The notes below the pieces were generated by a model. The model saw only the letters and a program-made list of their open reading frames with translations. It searched no databases and was not told the DNA's origin. From the NCBI GenBank assembly GCA_040218735.1, contig JAVJQW010000019.1, positions 256,001 through 320,000 of the forward strand: DNA of 64,000 nt, in the 5' to 3' direction. Both the position numbers and the translations under genes were made by a program. Origin of the DNA: Deltaproteobacteria bacterium. Lineage in GTDB: Bacteria; Myxococcota; Kuafuiibacteriia; Kuafuiibacteriales; Kuafuiibacteriaceae. This document shows, piece after piece, positions 1 through 9,003 of the stretch; position 1 is the first letter of the stretch; every line of letters begins with the position of its first letter.

Positions 1-1
1 C

Positions 2-2086
2 GTGGACGAAGACGGGCAGCCCCTCGCCGACGTCCTCGTCCGCGGTCGCACCGCGCGCTCCACGCTCTCTCGCGACGACGAGGTCGCCGAGTCCACGGAC
101 GAAGAAGGCCGCGCGCTCCTGCTCGGCCTCCCCACCGGACCGGTGACGCTCGAAGCCCAGGCCTCGGGGCTGTTCGCGGAGGGGAGCGCGGTCGCGCAGG
201 TCGAGCTGCCGTACGCGGAGGCGACGCTCGTCATGCGCGCTTCGGCCGTGCAGCTCGAAGGTCACGTGCGCGAGCAGAACGGCGCGCCGGTCGAGGGGGC
301 GTCGGTCGAGGTCAGCACGTTGCGTCGCGAAGACGCGCTGCGGTTCAAGCCGGTGGCCCGCGTCGCCATGACCGACGGCAGCGGGCACTTCATCGTCGGT
401 GGCCTTACGCCGGGGCTGCACCTCGTCGCCGCACGGCGCGACGGGTTCGCCGACTCGCGGGTGGAGGTGATGCTCCCGCTCGGTACGTCGCGCGTCGGGC
501 TCACAATGCTCTCCGCGTGCACCGGCGAAGTGAAGGTCATGCCCGAGGAGCCCTCGCTCCCGGTCCGCGTCTCGCTGTCGCGCGAGGACGGCGCGACGTG
601 GGATCTCGCGGGGCGCACGGGGGAGGTGCTCGCCGTCCCGAACGCGTTCGGCACCGTCAATGCGTTTGCGCGCACGAGCGGCACGTCGGTTCGGACCGCG
701 ACGGCGACGGGTACACTCTGCGAGCGCCCGCTCGTGCTCCGCCTCGTGGGGAGCGAGGGCGACGGCGCGCTCGCGGTGCGCGTCGTCGACGGCGGCGGGG
801 ACCCGGTCGAAGGCGCCGAGGTCTGGGTCGACACACCGGGCGGACGCGCCCATACCAATGCTTCCGGCGTGGTGCGGTTCGACGGGCTCGAGCCGCGCGC
901 CTACCGCATCCAAACGCCCTCCGCGATGCGCGGCACGATGGCCGAGGTCATCGCCGGGCAGGTCGTCGAGGTCGAGCTGGTCGTGGATCGCAAACGCGGT
1001 CGCATCCGGGGTCGCGTGGTCGCGAGCGGACCGGTGGAGGGGGCGCGCGTGCTCGCGTCCTGCGGCGACACCGGGAACGCGGGGCGCCTCGAAGACGCGT
1101 CGGTCGTAGCGCGTAGCGGCGCGGACGGGAGCTTCGAGTTCGCGCCGAGCGGTGGCGGCGTCTGCGCTGTGCGCGCCGAGCATCCGAGCGAGGGACGCAG
1201 CCGCGTCGTCACGCTCCAGGCCGGCGGCGACCCCGCGACGATCGAGCTGACGCCGGGCGCTTCGATCGAGGGCCGCGTCGTCGCCGAGGACGGCGCGCCG
1301 GTCAGCCCCTACACATTGGTCGTGCGCACCGGCGGGAGCGCGGCGGTCGTCGAGACCCGGACGCAGTACGTCACGGATCCCGAGGGTGCGTTCGTGGTGA
1401 AGGACGTCGCGGCCGGCCAAGTGTCGTTGCGGGTCAGCGGCAGCAGCGGTCGCGGGTACGCCGAGGTCGATGTCGCGCCCGGCTCGCGGACGACCGGCGT
1501 CGAGATCCGCGCGTTCACGCGCGGGCCCGTGGTCGGTCGCGTCGTGTCCTCGGACGGGGAGCCCGTCGAGCGCGCCCGCGTGGAGATTCGATCCGACCGA
1601 GGCCCGGTCGCTCAGACGGCGACGGGGCCGGACGGTCGGTACTCGACCGTCGTGCCGGCGGGTGAGCCGGTGCGCGCGTTCGTGAACGTCGCGGGCTTCT
1701 ATCCGAAGGGCACGCCGCCCGTCGCGTTGGTCGCGGGCGGGACGACGGACTTCGGCACCCTCACGCTCGAGAAACGCGGGGGCGACGAGGAGAAGGAGGC
1801 GGGGATCGGCATCATGATCGCCGCCGACCCCCGCGGGATTCGGGTGCTCAACTTCGTCGACGACTCGCCGGCGCGGGAAGCGGGGATGGAGGTAGGGGAT
1901 CTGATCGTTGGCATCGACGGGGTGCCGGCGGGACAGGCGCCGCTCATGAACTGGGTCGTGTCGTTGCGCGGGCCGGTCGGTACGCCGGTGACGTTGGAGG
2001 TGGAGCGCGGCACGAGCGCGGCGTTCGTGGTGACGGTGGTGCGGCGCGACGTCGGTCTTCGTCGCCTCCCTCAAAAATCGCCGTGA
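2..2086 (+). CDS. Carboxypeptidase-regulatory-like repeat protein with C-terminal PDZ domain (probably 5'-truncated by window edge)
   Basis: Repeated G-x-V...G-x-P-V-E-G-A-x-V...T-D-x-x-G-x-F beta modules; C-terminal GIGIMI...DSPAREAGMEVGDLIVGIDG...LRGPVGTPVTLEVER is a PDZ signature. Confidence 0.85.
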   Translation: MDEDGQPLADVLVRGRTARSTLSRDDEVAESTDEEGRALLLGLPTGPVTLEAQASGLFAEGSAVAQVELPYAEATLVMRASAVQLEGHVREQNGAPVEGASVEVSTLRREDALRFKPVARVAMTDGSGHFIVGGLTPGLHLVAARRDGFADSRVEVMLPLGTSRVGLTMLSACTGEVKVMPEEPSLPVRVSLSREDGATWDLAGRTGEVLAVPNAFGTVNAFARTSGTSVRTATATGTLCERPLVLRLVGSEGDGALAVRVVDGGGDPVEGAEVWVDTPGGRAHTNASGVVRFDGLEPRAYRIQTPSAMRGTMAEVIAGQVVEVELVVDRKRGRIRGRVVASGPVEGARVLASCGDTGNAGRLEDASVVARSGADGSFEFAPSGGGVCAVRAEHPSEGRSRVVTLQAGGDPATIELTPGASIEGRVVAEDGAPVSPYTLVVRTGGSAAVVETRTQYVTDPEGAFVVKDVAAGQVSLRVSGSSGRGYAEVDVAPGSRTTGVEIRAFTRGPVVGRVVSSDGEPVERARVEIRSDRGPVAQTATGPDGRYSTVVPAGEPVRAFVNVAGFYPKGTPPVALVAGGTTDFGTLTLEKRGGDEEKEAGIGIMIAADPRGIRVLNFVDDSPAREAGMEVGDLIVGIDGVPAGQAPLMNWVVSLRGPVGTPVTLEVERGTSAAFVVTVVRRDVGLRRLPQKSP

Positions 2087-2128
2087 GCTCGGGAGAAGTC
2101 GTCGACTCACCTCGTTAGAACGACTGAG

Positions 2129-2833
2129 GTGGGGCGCGATCTGCTAGCTGAGGGTGGGGTCTTCGCTGCAAAGCCTGCCGCGCAGCTGGAGCGGCTGGAA
2201 GCTCTGGCCGTCCAGTTCGGGGGGGCGGCGCATGATGTCTGCAACCTGTTGGGGGCCATACGTCTCACTACGCAGGACGCGCTCCGCCGTCCCGAATCCG
2301 ACGCCTTGAAGGAGCTCCTCCTCGAGATCCTCGCCTGCGTCGACCAGGCCACGGACGTGGTTTGCAACAACGGCGTGGATTCGTTGGCGGACGAAGGTGA
2401 GGTCGACCTCGTCGATCTCGTGACTTCGCGCCGACGCGTGCTGCGACGGATCGCAGGCCGGCGGGTGGACCTCGCCATGCGGTTTTCGTCGGTGCCGCCG
2501 ATCTACGGGAGCCCGACGTCGATCGCCCAGGCGATCACGAATCTGGTCAAGAACGCCGCCGAGGCGATGGGGAACCAGGAGGGGCGGATCACGGTCTCGA
2601 CCCGGATGCACGGGGACCACGTGCTGCTGGAGGTCGAGGACGACGGCCCCGGATTCGACGCCGACGTGCGCGCGCGTGCGTGTGAGGCGTTCTTCACCAC
2701 GAAGCAAGCGGGGCGTGGATTGGGCCTCGCGCTCGTCCGCCAGATCGCGTTGGTGCACGGCGCGCAGCTCGAGATCGACAGTGAGCCCGGGCGCGGTTCC
2801 GTGGTGCGGTTGCGCTTCCTACCTGCGACCTGA
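2129..2833 (+). CDS. Short histidine kinase (HisKA + HATPase_c) with no visible sensor domain
   Basis: H-box AHDVCNLL, N-box NLVKNAAEAM, G1 EDDGPGF, F-box FFTTK, G2 GRGLGL; GTG start uncertain. Confidence 0.85.
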   Translation: MGRDLLAEGGVFAAKPAAQLERLEALAVQFGGAAHDVCNLLGAIRLTTQDALRRPESDALKELLLEILACVDQATDVVCNNGVDSLADEGEVDLVDLVTSRRRVLRRIAGRRVDLAMRFSSVPPIYGSPTSIAQAITNLVKNAAEAMGNQEGRITVSTRMHGDHVLLEVEDDGPGFDADVRARACEAFFTTKQAGRGLGLALVRQIALVHGAQLEIDSEPGRGSVVRLRFLPAT

Positions 2834-2875
2834 CTCTGGCCCTTGGGCCGCGGATGTAGTTTCATCGGCGAGGCG

Positions 2876-3754
2876 ATGAGCGACGAGAAGAAGTCGCGGC
2901 GTCGACGCTTCTCGGTCGACGGCGAGACGGAAGAGGCCGCTGCGACCAAACGCGTGAGGGCGCGCCCGATCGATCGGGTCTTCGGCCTCGATCGCGAGGA
3001 CCGCGAGCTCCCCGAGGACGCCGAGGTCGCGGTGGTGGCCCACACCGACCAGCGCATGGCGGCGTTCGTGGCCGGTCGCATCACGCTCGGCGACCTCGAG
3101 GGCATCTCGAAACAAGAGCAGTACGAGATGGCCAAGCTCGGGCACTCCTACCTGGAGGGTGGGAAGCTCGAGAAGGCGTCGACGATCTTCGAGGGGCTCA
3201 TCGCGCTCGACCCGTTCGACGCGTACTTCCGCATGGCGATCGCTTCGATCGCGCAGCAGGAGGGCCGGTTGAGCGACGCGGAAGAGGGGTACTCGTCGGT
3301 CCTGCAGATCAACCCCTACTCACCGACGGCGTTTGCGAACCGTGGTGAGGTTCGTGTGCAGCTCGGGCGTCTGAAGGAGGGGGCCGAGGATCTGATCGCC
3401 GCGATCACGCACGATCCCAAGGGCGCCGAGGACGCCACGATCCGCGCGCGCGCGACGCTCAAGGTGCTCCAGGAGAAACTCACGGCGCTGGCGAAGAACC
3501 CGGAGGCGTTCGCCCAGGGGGGGCCGCTCTCGGAGCAGCCCCCGTTCTCCGATGACGGTCCGCTTTCGCCGGACACGCCGCTCTCCGCCGACACGCCGCG
3601 CGCCGCGCCCAAACCGCGGGCCGCGAAACCGCGCGCCGCGCGTCCACGCGGTGCGCCGCGAGGGGCCCCGCCTCGGCGTCCTGCCGCGGGCCGTCCGTCC
3701 GGTCGTCCCGCGCCGCGTGCACGTCCGCGTCGACCGGGGCCGCGCAAGAAGTAG
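2876..3754 (+). CDS. TPR protein resembling SycD/LcrH-type chaperones, with Pro/Arg-rich tail
   Basis: Three TPR-like units (YEMAKLGHSYLEGGKLEKASTIFEGLIALDPFDAYF...; QINPYSPTAFANRGEV); ATG 2876 preceded by GAGG. Confidence 0.75.
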   Translation: MSDEKKSRRRRFSVDGETEEAAATKRVRARPIDRVFGLDREDRELPEDAEVAVVAHTDQRMAAFVAGRITLGDLEGISKQEQYEMAKLGHSYLEGGKLEKASTIFEGLIALDPFDAYFRMAIASIAQQEGRLSDAEEGYSSVLQINPYSPTAFANRGEVRVQLGRLKEGAEDLIAAITHDPKGAEDATIRARATLKVLQEKLTALAKNPEAFAQGGPLSEQPPFSDDGPLSPDTPLSADTPRAAPKPRAAKPRAARPRGAPRGAPPRRPAAGRPSGRPAPRARPRRPGPRKK

Positions 3755-5116
3755 ATGGGCGTGCACACGATCCTCGTCCTCGACGACGAACCGAACATCC
3801 TCGTCACGCTGTCCCGCGCGCTGGAGCTGGAGGACTACACGGTCGTCACCGCGAAGTCGGTCGCGGAGGCGGAGCGCACGCTGGTGAAGGTGCGTCCGGA
3901 TCTCGCGCTGTTCGACGTGAAGCTCCCGGACGGCGACGGGCTGGAGCTCCTCGAGCGCCTCGACGACGACGCGCCGCCGGTGATCGTGATGAGCGGTCAC
4001 GGGACGATCGACGACGCGGTGCGGGCCATTCAGCTCGGCGCGGTCGACTACCTCGAAAAGCCGATCGGGCAGGACCGCTTGCTCGTCACGATCAGCAACG
4101 CGCTGGAGATGTCGCGGCTCAAGGCCGAGAACGCTGCGCTGCGCGACGAGGCCGCGGAGCTGCGCGGTGTGAAGGCGATCGTCGGGACGTCGAAGGCGAT
4201 CGAGTCGTTGCGCGGGCAGATCGAACGTGTCGCGGCGAGTGAGGGCCGAGTGCTGATCACGGGTGAGAACGGCACCGGCAAGGAGTTGATCGCCAACGCG
4301 ATCCACGCGGCGTCGCGGCGGGCGAACCGACCCTTCGTTTCACTGAACTGCGCGGCGGTGCCGGCGGAGCTGATCGAGTCGGAGCTGTTCGGTCACGAGA
4401 AGGGTGCGTTCACCGGCGCGGTGTCGCGGAAGGCGGGCAAGTTCGAGCGCGCGAACGGCGGGACATTGTTCCTCGACGAGGTCGGCGACATGCCCGCCGC
4501 GATGCAAGCCAAGTTGCTGCGTGTGTTGCAGACGCAAGAGCTGGAGCGCGTCGGCGGTAACGACACGATCCGCGTCGACGTGCGGGTGCTCGCGGCGACG
4601 AACAAGGACCTGATGGAGGAGATCGCCGACGGGCGCTTCCGCGAGGATCTGTACTACCGGCTGAACGTCGTGCCGCTGGTGTCCCCGCCGCTGCGCGAGC
4701 GTCGGCAAGACATCCCGTTGTTGGCCGCCGGCTTCTTGGAGGAGGCGGCGAAGCGCAACCACCGGAAGACGCCGACGCTGACGCCGGCCTCGCTCGCGCT
4801 GCTCGCCGCGCACGACTACCCCGGCAACGTGCGCGAGCTGAGGAACCTGATCGAGCGCATCGTCATCCTCGCGCCGCCGGAGCTCGACACCCTCGACGAG
4901 GGCGACATCCGCGACCTCGTCCCGACGCAGCGCAAGGCGACCGCGACGGCGTACCGGGAGGGGGCGCGCCTGTCGGATCTGGTCACGGAGGCGGAGCGCG
5001 CGATCGTGGTGCAGGCGCTGGAGGCCAACGACGGCTCGATCCCGGAGACCGCGCGAGCGCTGGGCGTGGAGCGGTCGAACTTTCATAAGAAGTTGAAGGC
5101 GCTCGGTCTGAAGTAG
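3755..5116 (+). CDS. Sigma54-dependent response regulator (NtrC/NtrX family: REC-AAA+-Fis HTH)
   Basis: REC (VLDDE, FDVKLPDGDG), Walker A GENGTGKE, ESELFGHEKGAFTGA, FLDEVGD, FREDLYYRLNV, YPGNVRELRN, C-terminal HTH; abuts upstream stop. Confidence 0.97.
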   Translation: MGVHTILVLDDEPNILVTLSRALELEDYTVVTAKSVAEAERTLVKVRPDLALFDVKLPDGDGLELLERLDDDAPPVIVMSGHGTIDDAVRAIQLGAVDYLEKPIGQDRLLVTISNALEMSRLKAENAALRDEAAELRGVKAIVGTSKAIESLRGQIERVAASEGRVLITGENGTGKELIANAIHAASRRANRPFVSLNCAAVPAELIESELFGHEKGAFTGAVSRKAGKFERANGGTLFLDEVGDMPAAMQAKLLRVLQTQELERVGGNDTIRVDVRVLAATNKDLMEEIADGRFREDLYYRLNVVPLVSPPLRERRQDIPLLAAGFLEEAAKRNHRKTPTLTPASLALLAAHDYPGNVRELRNLIERIVILAPPELDTLDEGDIRDLVPTQRKATATAYREGARLSDLVTEAERAIVVQALEANDGSIPETARALGVERSNFHKKLKALGLK

Positions 5117-5127
5117 CCCGCCGAAGG

Positions 5128-5324
5128 CGGCACTTCAGACCCCTTGAACTTGAACTTGCCCATTCCCTTGCCCTCGAGCACGTCAGCGATTCCTTCCGGA
5201 GGGCAGTGAACCTGGGCAAGGGACGCATGGTCGCCCTGGATCACGTCGAGTCGCCCGGAACCTTCTCCCTGCCAGGTAGGGCAAGGGAACGGGCAAGTTC
5301 AAGTTCAAGGGGTCTGAAGTGCCG
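5128..5324. mobile_element. MITE/REP-like inverted-repeat element, copy 1
   Basis: 47 bp terminal inverted repeats 5128-5174 / 5278-5324 with one mismatch (core CCCCTTGAACTTGAACTTGCCC); interior matches the reverse complement of 32888-33055; mobility inferred from dispersal only. Confidence 0.75.
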
Positions 5325-5391
5325 GGGTTCGGGGCGCCCTGCTTCGTGGTCGAATCTACCCCCCTCGCCCTCCTTCGCCTTCTCGCGCGGT

Positions 5392-5407
5392 TGGCACGCC
5401 GGGTGCT
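5392..5407 (+). promoter_or_regulatory. Sigma54 -24/-12 promoter candidate
   Basis: TGGCACGCCGGGTGCT versus consensus TGGCACG-N4-TTGCW, exact GG-N10-GC spacing, 49 bp before ATG 5456 with AAGGAG RBS. Confidence 0.75.
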
Positions 5408-5455
5408 CTTACAACCCACATCGGCGCCACGAAGGCCCGAGCAAAGGAGCACACG

Positions 5456-6562
5456 ATGTCGAACCCCATCATCCGAACCGAGAAGCAGCAGCGCATCACC
5501 AAGATCCTCACCGGTCTCGTCATCGGTGGGAGCCTGATCGGCGCCACGGCGATCATGCTGGCGACTGCGCCCGACGGGACGACCGTCGCCGAGATCGAAG
5601 AGGCGCCGAAGACCGAGCTCGCGTGGCGGCAGGACTTCGAGCCGCTCCCCGTCGCCGAGGCGCCCGTCGCGGAGCCGGAGCCGATCCAGCTCGAGGAGCA
5701 GCTCGTCGAGGCCGAGCAGCCGGTCGTCGCGATCGCGCACGAGGAGCCGGAGCGCAACTTCGAGGAGGAGGCGCAGGAGCTCATGGTCGCGGGCGACCTG
5801 AAGGGCGCCTACGAGAACCTCCGCAAGCACCTGTACTCGGACGCACCGACGCCCGACACGCTGCACCACATCGGGCAGCTCGGTCGTGAGCTCGGTGACT
5901 TCGCCGTCGCCGAGCAGGCACTGATGGACGCTGCGGCGCTCGACCCAACGCGCGCCGACATCTCGACCGAGCTCGCGCGGGTTCGTCTCGAGGCCGGGGA
6001 CTTCGAAGAGGCGCGCCTCGCCGTGCGCGAGGCGATCCGCACCGCGCCGCGCGACGCCGAGGCGTGGAACGTCGCGGGCCGCATCGCGATGGCGCAGAGT
6101 GAGTTCCACCGCGCGGCCGACGCGTTCGAGGCTTCGCTCGACCTCGATCCGACGCACCCGATCGTCCACAACAACGCCGGCCTGAACTTCCTCTACATGA
6201 AGCGCGGGCCGGAGGCGGTGGACGCGCTCGAGACGGCGGTCGATCTCTACGAGGACCGCGCGCCGCACTTCGTGTTCAACAACCTCGGCCTGGCGCACGA
6301 GCTCGCCGGCAACTACGAGGAGGCGCGCGAGGCGTTCGAGGAGGCGCTGCTGATCAGCCCGTTCTACGCGCGGGCGAAGGTGAACCTGAAGCGCGTCGAG
6401 GTGACGATCGCGTCCATCGAGGAGAAGCGTTCGTACGAGACCGCGAAGGGCGTGAGCGTCGAGGACCTCGACATCGTCCACGAGATGGACCTCGAAGAGG
6501 CGCCCGCGGCCGCCGAGACGATCGAGATCGCCGACGAATTCCCCGAGCCGACGATGCCCTGA
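5456..6562 (+). CDS. Membrane-anchored TPR protein
   Basis: N-terminal TM helix, acidic linker, about 6 TPRs (AEAWNVAGRI, PIVHNNAGL, FVFNNLGLAHELAGNYEEAREAFEEAL); strong RBS. Confidence 0.9.
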   Translation: MSNPIIRTEKQQRITKILTGLVIGGSLIGATAIMLATAPDGTTVAEIEEAPKTELAWRQDFEPLPVAEAPVAEPEPIQLEEQLVEAEQPVVAIAHEEPERNFEEEAQELMVAGDLKGAYENLRKHLYSDAPTPDTLHHIGQLGRELGDFAVAEQALMDAAALDPTRADISTELARVRLEAGDFEEARLAVREAIRTAPRDAEAWNVAGRIAMAQSEFHRAADAFEASLDLDPTHPIVHNNAGLNFLYMKRGPEAVDALETAVDLYEDRAPHFVFNNLGLAHELAGNYEEAREAFEEALLISPFYARAKVNLKRVEVTIASIEEKRSYETAKGVSVEDLDIVHEMDLEEAPAAAETIEIADEFPEPTMP

Positions 6563-6571
6563 GAGCGTGTA

Positions 6572-6787
6572 TCGGAAAGCCGGCGGGGGAGTGCCCAGGT
6601 CCGGCTTCGCTTTTGGCGTCGGCCGGGGACGCTCTTTCCGGTCAGAGGGCGTTCGTCTCGCCTGGTGTTGCCCCTCGGCTTCGCTGAAAGCCGCGGCGGG
6701 CGAGCCGAACTGATTCCCTCCAGAGCGCCCCCGTCCGCCGCCAGCGCTCCGCTTCTCGAGTTGCCTTCGATCCGCCATCCGATGAGG
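6572..6787 (+). repeat. Structured ~215 bp repeat, copy A (left arm of large foldback)
   Basis: Near-identical to reverse complement of 7254-7466 and to 15823-15935. Confidence 0.9.
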
Positions 6788-6840
6788 CCATCGATCGACA
6801 CGGAGACCCAGCGCCACCGATCGGCAAGGCGCCTTGCCCA

Positions 6841-7095
6841 CGTCGGGGCGGCTCGGCTTTCGGAATCGGCGCGCCAGCCGCCTGCGCTCCGCTATTCGCG
6901 TCGCCGGATCCCCGCTCCTTCTCGATCGCGATCTCGTTGCTGGCGCGAAGTCGAACGAACATCGGCGACCCCTGTTGTCGGACTTCACGTCAGCACGAGA
7001 TCACGCCGATGCGCGCGTTGGGTTTGGGCAACGCGCGTAGCGGAGCGCAGACATCGGGCGCGGCGATTCCGACAGCCGGACCGCCCCGCCGACGC
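6841..7095. repeat. Inner imperfect palindrome centred near 6966
   Basis: CTGCGCTCCGCTA / TAGCGGAGCGCAG perfect pair; GATCTCGTTGCTGGCGCGAAGTC / GACTTCACGTCAGCACGAGATC and GGGGCGGCTCGGCTTTCGGAATCG / CGATTCCGACAGCCGGACCGCCCC imperfect pairs. Confidence 0.85.
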
Positions 7096-7253
7096 GCCCA
7101 GGTACTGCCGAGCGTCGCAACGCGATCCCCGCGCCGGACGGTCGCCAAGCAAGCCGAACCGAGGTCGCCGCGCCCGATGTCGGAGCGGAGTGGGCGCCTG
7201 GGCAGCGCGTCGCGGCGGCGGGGCGTCGGGTCGAAGCTCCACGGGTCACCCCA

Positions 7254-7466
7254 CCTCATCGGATGGCGGATCGAAGGCAACTCGACATGCGGAGCGCTGG
7301 CGGCGGCCAGGGACGCTCTGGAGGGAATCAGTTCGGCTCGCCCGCCGCGGCCATCAGCGAAGCCGAGGGGCAACACCCGGCGAGACGAACGGCTTTTGAC
7401 CGGAAGAGCGTCCCCGGCCGACGCCAAAAGCGAAGCCGGACCTGGGCACTCCCCCCGGCTATCCGA
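7254..7466 (-). repeat. Structured ~215 bp repeat, copy B (right arm of large foldback)
   Basis: Reverse complement of copy A with scattered substitutions. Confidence 0.9.
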
Positions 7467-7471
7467 GACCA

Positions 7472-8029
7472 CTACCCGCCGACGGGGCACGGGATGGGAC
7501 CGCACACCGCGACGCTGATCAGATCGTCCGGTACCGAGAGCGACGTTCGATACCCGTGCCCCGCGTCGTACCTCGCCTGCTTCGCGCTCGTCGCCGCACC
7601 AATGATGTCCCACAGCGCGAGTAACAACGTGGGTATCGCGCCGATCACCGACAGCGCCGTGCCCAGGCTCTGAATTCCGTCGTCGCGACCGCGCACGCGT
7701 AGGCCGATGCCCGTGAGCATCGTCGCGCCGGTCACGCCCCTCAGGAGGAAAGTGAGGAAGGCGTCGACACCTCCGCTGCCGTAGATCTGACCCACCGACG
7801 GGCCGACGATCACGCCGAGGCCGAGCGTCGTCATCCCGATGTCGAACCGAATGCCTTCGTCCGTGCCGCGTCCGGTGAAGAACAGGCCCGCGGTCACCGC
7901 GAGCGGAACGAGCGTGCTCGCCACCGAGAGCAGGCTCGCGACCACCGGCTCCGGCGCCGCCTCCGCGCGGGAGGCGGGCAGCGCGGTCACCGCGAAGCAC
8001 AGCGCGAACGCGATCAACAGCTTTCGCAT
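7472..8029 (-). CDS. Hypothetical membrane protein with signal peptide
   Basis: Signal peptide MRKLLIAFALCFAVTALPASRA and about 4 Gly-rich hydrophobic helices. Confidence 0.75.
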   Translation of the reverse strand: MRKLLIAFALCFAVTALPASRAEAAPEPVVASLLSVASTLVPLAVTAGLFFTGRGTDEGIRFDIGMTTLGLGVIVGPSVGQIYGSGGVDAFLTFLLRGVTGATMLTGIGLRVRGRDDGIQSLGTALSVIGAIPTLLLALWDIIGAATSAKQARYDAGHGYRTSLSVPDDLISVAVCGPIPCPVGG

Positions 8030-8121
8030 GTACGCCTTGTACTTAGCACGCGGCGGGTCCCGGTGCGCGAAAGTGCATCGAACGCGGGGAGGGAAATCCG
8101 GGAGGGGACGTAAGAAGCGTC

Positions 8122-8484
8122 ATGCTGAAAGCCACCGCCATCGCATTCGTCACCGTCTTCGTCCTCGCCGGCACCGCCGAAGCCGCCGAGTACAAGTGCA
8201 AGGGGAACCGCGTCGAGAAGTCCGGGAGCACGAAGTACACCGTGCGCACGTCCGGGTCCGACTACAAGATCGAGAAGTCCGGCAGCACCAAGGGCGTCGC
8301 GAAGAAGCGCGGCAGCAAGTACGCGGTCGAGGTCTCGGGCAGCACGCAGGCCACGATCGAGAAGGGCAAGATCTACAAGAGCGGCTCCACCTGGGGCACG
8401 GTCAGCGAGGCGCAGCGCAAGTACGACTGCCCCGATGTCGTCGCCGCCACGCTCTGGGTCCTCGACAAGAAGGGCAAGTTGTAG
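8122..8484 (+). CDS. Small secreted Lys-rich protein with (K)SGS(T) repeats
   Basis: Signal peptide, repeated KSGST/SGS motifs, two Cys, strong GC3 codon bias. Confidence 0.8.
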   Translation: MLKATAIAFVTVFVLAGTAEAAEYKCKGNRVEKSGSTKYTVRTSGSDYKIEKSGSTKGVAKKRGSKYAVEVSGSTQATIEKGKIYKSGSTWGTVSEAQRKYDCPDVVAATLWVLDKKGKL

Positions 8485-8497
8485 TCTTCGGCTCCGC

Positions 8498-8965
8498 ATG
8501 GAGCCGAAGCGACCCGCCGACTCGATCACGCAGATGACGGAGATCATTCTCCCGTCGGACAGCAACGCCCTCGGCGGTGCGTTCGGCGGGCGGGTGATGC
8601 AGTGGATCGACGTGTGCGGCGCCGTCGCCGCGCAGCGCCACTGCCGCAAGACCGTCGTCACCGCGTCGATGGACGAGCTGCACTTCCGCGCGCCCATCCG
8701 CATGGGCCACGTGGCCTGCCTCGAAGCCCGCGTGAACGCCGCGTTCTCGCGCTCGCTGGAGGTGGAGGTCGTCGTCCACTCCGAGAACCCACTCACCGGC
8801 GAGCGGCGCCTGTGCTGCGACGCCTTCCTCACGTTCGCCGCGCTCGACGACGACTTCAAACCCACGTCCGTCCCCGCGCTGCTGAGCGAGACGGAGGACG
8901 AGATCGCCCGCGCCGACGCGGCCGCGAAGCGCCGCGCGAAGCGGCTCGAGGGCCGCCCGTCCTAA
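8498..8965 (+). CDS. Acyl-CoA thioesterase (hotdog fold, YciA-like)
   Basis: ILPSDSNALGGAFGGRVMQWID, VVTASMDELHFRAPIRMG, RSLEVEVVV, FLTFAALD. Confidence 0.92.
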   Translation: MEPKRPADSITQMTEIILPSDSNALGGAFGGRVMQWIDVCGAVAAQRHCRKTVVTASMDELHFRAPIRMGHVACLEARVNAAFSRSLEVEVVVHSENPLTGERRLCCDAFLTFAALDDDFKPTSVPALLSETEDEIARADAAAKRRAKRLEGRPS

Positions 8966-9003
8966 GGGATGATCGGCGCGCCTCCCACGCGTTGCCCCAT
9001 CCC

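Noticed and set aside
7310-7415. Glycine riboswitch resemblance (CTCTGGAG...GCCGAGGGGCAA...AGAGCG)
   Set aside because: It lacks the CTCTCAGG core, lies 3' of genes rather than in a leader, and is a multi-copy repeat.
6642-7518. Several overlapping ORFs across the foldback region
   Set aside because: No codon bias or recognisable motifs; the same peptide strings occur on both strands because of the inverted repeat.
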